The notes beneath the pieces are model-generated. The model searched no databases. It was not told the origin of the DNA and saw only the letters and a program-made list of their open reading frames with translations. From a virus (Duplodnaviria > Heunggongvirae > Uroviricota > Caudoviricetes), in the IMG/VR virus record IMGVR_UViG_3300037418_002559, positions 15,999-79,998 of that record: a DNA stretch of 64,000 nt; one strand, written 5' to 3'. This document shows positions 60,612-64,000 of this stretch, piece by piece; position 1 is the stretch's first letter; the number at the start of each line of letters is the position of its first letter. The position numbers and the translations under genes are program-made.

Positions 60612-61247
60612 TTACACCCAATGCCCTTCGCCGAAGCCTGCTATGAATCCTGGTGAACTGCCGAACCCGAAGAACGGCAGTGTTCCAAACAAGTAGTTGT
60701 ACAGAACGCCTTCCGGTCTTGGAACAATGTAGCCGTTAGTGATCAGGTCCTGAATGATGGAAGTGAACGTGCCTTTCAGGGTTATGTCCGCCGTCATGTT
60801 CTGGTTGTCGAGTATGATGATCGAGCCGCCCGGAAACAGAGTCTGCCAAATGGGATATAAGCTCGATATACTGCCGTCCCACTGATTCTGTGCTATTTTT
60901 GCCTTGATGTACAGGCGATACGTGGTGTCGTCCAGGATCGGGCTGACGCCATTTCTGGGTTGAAAATTTACCGTGCGCGCAGCTCCAGCTGTTGCCCCAA
61001 GCATGTCCAATTGAGCCCCGACAGCGGCGTCCAGATCCAGCGCCGTGTCCATGCGTACCAGTACCTGTGACACGTCGTCGAACTTGCGCAGCAGCACTTG
61101 CAGCAGTTTGTTCAATTTTGGCGCTGCGGGTAAAGCGTACTGATGGGTGAGTAGTGACTTGTAGTAGCCAATTGGCAAGTTTTCGATGGGCTGATTGCCA
61201 TAGCCGCCGGTGCCGTAACCTTGCGTGCCATATGTGGGATTGCTCAT
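60612..61247 (-). CDS. baseplate/tail protein (Mu gp48 / P2 gpI-like position)
   Basis: ATGA-coupled to the upstream J-like gene. Gly/Tyr-rich N-terminus. Confidence 0.4.
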   Translation of the reverse strand: MSNPTYGTQGYGTGGYGNQPIENLPIGYYKSLLTHQYALPAAPKLNKLLQVLLRKFDDVSQVLVRMDTALDLDAAVGAQLDMLGATAGAARTVNFQPRNGVSPILDDTTYRLYIKAKIAQNQWDGSISSLYPIWQTLFPGGSIIILDNQNMTADITLKGTFTSIIQDLITNGYIVPRPEGVLYNYLFGTLPFFGFGSSPGFIAGFGEGHWV

Positions 61248-62665
61248 GCCGACACCACAGATACATTAGCTGCAGTGCCTAGAGCGGCGTAATAAAAGTT
61301 CGGCATTGTGATGTCCGTGGTGCTCAGCGTAGAGAATGAAAGGGCCGCAGCTGTTCCGGCAGCCGTAGTGGCAATGGAAAGAGTTACTGTGGTGCCTACT
61401 GGCGCACCAACCACCAGTGTTCCAGCCGCGATACCTTCACCCACCACCAGCTGGCCGTCCGCAATTCCGGCTGCAGAAGCGACGGCCAGCGTAACTGCGC
61501 CGGAGGCGTAGGTGCCAGTAGTAGCCACAGTCAGCGTACCCACGCGCAGCGACTGCACGCCAAAATTAGGCGCTGTCAGGCTGGCGTTCACGGCCATGAT
61601 TTCGTAGTACAGTGCACCTATTGAAACTACCTCGCCTATTTCCAAGGCATTAAGATACGTGACAAGTGACTTCTGCACAGCCTGTAAAGCAGCCGTGGTC
61701 GGCACGCTTCCGTATCCGTTCAACACAGCCAAAATGAATATAGGCAGGTCAGTAGGTTGGAAGAAGCTGATGTCCTCGGTAACACCGGTGGTTTCGTCTA
61801 CGACCGGCACCGTTGTCGTTCCGTTTGTGAAGCAGCCTATTGTCTTCTTCTTGTATATGGCTGTAGCCACTGCCAGCGTGTCTGTGCACTCGGCCACTAT
61901 GGATATGGAATGCGGCGGGTTGCCCCAGCTGTCAACCGCTCCGGTCGGATTCTCGATGGATGAACCGGGGCCACCGGGTGTTTGATAACCCGGCGCTACG
62001 CGCACCACACCGCTGGCAGCCAGGACTGCTGCTATGGTGGAAGCAAGCGGCGTAGTCGAAGGCAGCGCCACAGATATGGCCTGCCGTGCGCGCAACTTGG
62101 AATCCGATTCCACTGGCAGCCCGGCAATGGCCGGATTCTGATTAGTTACAGAGCTCCAGCCAGCTGTTGGCGTATTGATGATGTTGATAGTGTTGCTGTC
62201 CGCCGTGATTGATCCTGGCGTGGTGCATACTGCTGTTACATTTATTGTCCCAGAGTTTGGAATTGTGACTGTCGTCGGAAGTGCCCAAACATTTCCTTGC
62301 TGGTCCTGTGCGAAGCCGTTCGTAATCGTCTTCTGCGCAGTTCCGGCAATAGTGAGTAGCGCGGTTGAGAACGAAAACGGCTCACGAGCTAGACCGTTCA
62401 TCTTAACTTGTCTGTCGAGCCCAGCGCCGACGGCAGTCTGCGGCGAAGACTGGTTGTACGCGAGTTGAAGCGCCAGATTTACGTCTGCTTGCTTGAGTGA
62501 AATGGCGCTAAGTAGCTGATAGATGGCTGAGTCCGGCGCCACGTACTGATTGGTTCCGTAGATATTCAGAAATGACTGCAAATTGTCTGCCAATATGGAC
62601 TGGTACGACGGTAATTGCAGGCCTGCTGGGCCGATCGATGGTGGAAAGTATGGTGGAGTGCTCAT
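61244..62665 (-). CDS. baseplate J-like protein (by size and position)
   Basis: 473 aa, between the gp25/W-like gene and the gp48-like gene. Confidence 0.45.
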   Translation of the reverse strand: MSTPPYFPPSIGPAGLQLPSYQSILADNLQSFLNIYGTNQYVAPDSAIYQLLSAISLKQADVNLALQLAYNQSSPQTAVGAGLDRQVKMNGLAREPFSFSTALLTIAGTAQKTITNGFAQDQQGNVWALPTTVTIPNSGTINVTAVCTTPGSITADSNTINIINTPTAGWSSVTNQNPAIAGLPVESDSKLRARQAISVALPSTTPLASTIAAVLAASGVVRVAPGYQTPGGPGSSIENPTGAVDSWGNPPHSISIVAECTDTLAVATAIYKKKTIGCFTNGTTTVPVVDETTGVTEDISFFQPTDLPIFILAVLNGYGSVPTTAALQAVQKSLVTYLNALEIGEVVSIGALYYEIMAVNASLTAPNFGVQSLRVGTLTVATTGTYASGAVTLAVASAAGIADGQLVVGEGIAAGTLVVGAPVGTTVTLSIATTAAGTAAALSFSTLSTTDITMPNFYYAALGTAANVSVVSA

Positions 62666-62669
62666 GGCT

Positions 62670-63065
62670 TTAGACGCTTATCCCAATCGTGCTCAATGCT
62701 GGTGCCATACTTATGGCAATTGGTCCGAACTGCGTGTACGCTAGGCCTGTGATGGCGAGCCGACCGTCTGTGAAATCCACAGCCAAATCGCTTACACTGG
62801 TTACGTAAGGAGCGCCTTCTATGTTTTGTTGCACGGCCAGCGTCATGGCTGCCAGGCCTTGTGACGTGGCAAGCTGGCCTAGTATAGACTGAAACACTGG
62901 CAAGCCTATGTTGGCGTTTTCCCACCATTCACCTAAAAATAACCGCAGGCGCGTCAGTATGGCCTGCGTCACGGCGTACGCATCTGTCAGATTAGCGGCA
63001 GGATCGAAGATTGGGTCGTCGTTAACGTCTAGCTGTAAATACTGAATGGTAGGCGCTGTAGCCAA
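62670..63065 (-). CDS. baseplate wedge protein (Mu gp46 / gpW / T4 gp25-like)
   Basis: 131 aa; LFLGEWWENANIGLPVF recalls the FxGEWFLD motif of the GP46 family. Confidence 0.45.
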   Translation of the reverse strand: MATAPTIQYLQLDVNDDPIFDPAANLTDAYAVTQAILTRLRLFLGEWWENANIGLPVFQSILGQLATSQGLAAMTLAVQQNIEGAPYVTSVSDLAVDFTDGRLAITGLAYTQFGPIAISMAPALSTIGISV

Positions 63066-63066
63066 G

Positions 63067-63777
63067 TCACTGACCTTTCAAAATAGTAGTCTCAGAATCG
63101 GTTGGTACAGGCGGTCCAAGGTAGCCTTTCGACACCAAGAATGGTTGTATATTTGCCACGTACCATTTGTAAAAGTTGTCGTTAACCAAGGCCAAAGGCA
63201 TTCCACCGTGGCTCGTGACCGTGACGCCGGATGCTGATACGTCTATAACAGCTGAGCCATCATCTGCACGAACTTGCAGCGAATCCGTGGAGTAGTTAGA
63301 TATGAGATTATTCTGGCTCCAAAACCCTGGCAGGAACCCACAATCATGCACGTGATGTCTACGCACTTCCAGCTGCCGCTGCGACCCAGAAGCCGCAGTT
63401 ACATTGGCCGCTGGTGGTGCCTTATCTTGTCCATTCACCCACCAGTTATCAAAACAAGTGTCACAGAAAATAAGCAGACCTTGATCGCCTTTCTTCAGCG
63501 GTAGCGTGATACTGTAGCCGCCGCCGCGCGGCACTATGATGGGCACGTTGACGATGGGCGGCACGTCCCACCATTGCGCCTTGCCGCTTGCAGGGCGCAC
63601 ACGCTCCTGGATCGCGATCTGCACGGTCACGGTCTGCTGTGCACTGACGTCTTCCACGAGGAACGCTGCGGAGGCACAACGTGTGTCGTCCAAAGCTTGC
63701 CGAACTATCTGCCGCCACTGCGCCGGTTCGGCATAGTTAACCTGTGCTGGCGATAGTCCTGGTGCGAATGCTGACAT
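63067..63777 (-). CDS. baseplate assembly/spike protein (gpV / Mu gp45-like)
   Basis: 236 aa; NVPIIVPRGGGYSITLPLKKGDQGLLIF OB-fold-like segment. Confidence 0.45.
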   Translation of the reverse strand: MSAFAPGLSPAQVNYAEPAQWRQIVRQALDDTRCASAAFLVEDVSAQQTVTVQIAIQERVRPASGKAQWWDVPPIVNVPIIVPRGGGYSITLPLKKGDQGLLIFCDTCFDNWWVNGQDKAPPAANVTAASGSQRQLEVRRHHVHDCGFLPGFWSQNNLISNYSTDSLQVRADDGSAVIDVSASGVTVTSHGGMPLALVNDNFYKWYVANIQPFLVSKGYLGPPVPTDSETTILKGQ

Positions 63778-63780
63778 AAA

Positions 63781-64000
63781 CTAGGCTCCTGACGACTCGG
63801 CTGCGAACACACCATCTAGCAGATTAGACGCGTATGTCGTACCGTAGCCAGTTACTTCTGTGTACCAATCATTGCCGCGAGAGTCGCCAATATGCCGCAC
63901 CTGTGCCACAAAGAAAGTTAGGTTAGCACTCATAGGAGATGCTACAGTCTGTCCTGGAAGTACGGCAATTTGCGTGATGAGCGTGCGTACGAGTTGAACT
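63781..64000 (-). CDS. structural protein, 5' part outside window (C-terminal fragment)
   Basis: The minus-strand frame is open from the TAG at 63781-63783 to the window edge. Same frame as the downstream gene. Not in the track because no start lies in the window. Confidence 0.35.
   Translation of the reverse strand, partial: VQLVRTLITQIAVLPGQTVASPMSANLTFFVAQVRHIGDSRGNDWYTEVTGYGTTYASNLLDGVFAAESSGA

Noticed and set aside
1-64000. Search for tRNA, rRNA, integrase, transposase and IS elements
   Set aside because: I saw no rRNA-like conserved stretches, no obvious tRNA cloverleaf candidates in intergenic gaps, and no integrase or transposase motifs. A tRNAscan run would be needed to exclude tRNAs formally.

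Overview
The window reads as part of a large, roughly 58% GC dsDNA phage genome in two convergent blocks. Nucleotides 1-53330 are a densely packed plus-strand block. Genes commonly overlap by ATGA or GTGA. The supplied ORF track often reports alternative GTG/TTG starts as M, and I re-derived ATG starts where an SD supports them. It encodes replication enzymes: a primase-helicase cut by the window edge, a T7-like family A DNA polymerase with 3'-5' exonuclease, an ATP-dependent DNA ligase and an SNF2 helicase. It also encodes nucleases (Cas4/RecB-like, VRR-NUC), an ECF-type sigma factor, two J-domain proteins and many small Cys-rich proteins. Nucleotide-pool enzymes are unusually abundant: a MazG-like pyrophosphatase, a HAD NT5C-type and an HD YfbR-type deoxynucleotidase, a PurA/PurZ-like adenylosuccinate synthetase and a ThyA-family enzyme. 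Nucleotides 53380-64000 are a minus-strand block with a glucosaminidase endolysin, two large signal-peptide-bearing beta-helix proteins and a Mu/P2-like baseplate module that runs off the window end. The two blocks meet at a strong bidirectional hairpin terminator (53334-53380). No rRNA, tRNA, CRISPR array, integrase or transposase was recognised. The most interesting element is a terminator-bounded 7-gene cassette (48318-53327): GT-A transferase, APH-fold kinase, sugar-phosphate nucleotidyltransferase, an aGPT-Pplase-like protein, a ThyA-family hydroxymethylase-like enzyme, an HD nucleotidase and a small Zn-ribbon protein. I interpret it as a previously undescribed pathway that replaces thymine and then decorates the DNA with a phage-made NDP-activated group. 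Other notable items are a PurZ-like gene (possible 2-aminoadenine DNA), a J-domain fused to a kinase-like fold, a PEP-CTERM protein, an 8x8-bp iteron-like repeat and a recurrent 'TATAAT plus SD-in-hairpin-loop' expression cassette. All functional calls rest on motif recognition by eye and need HMM or structural confirmation.
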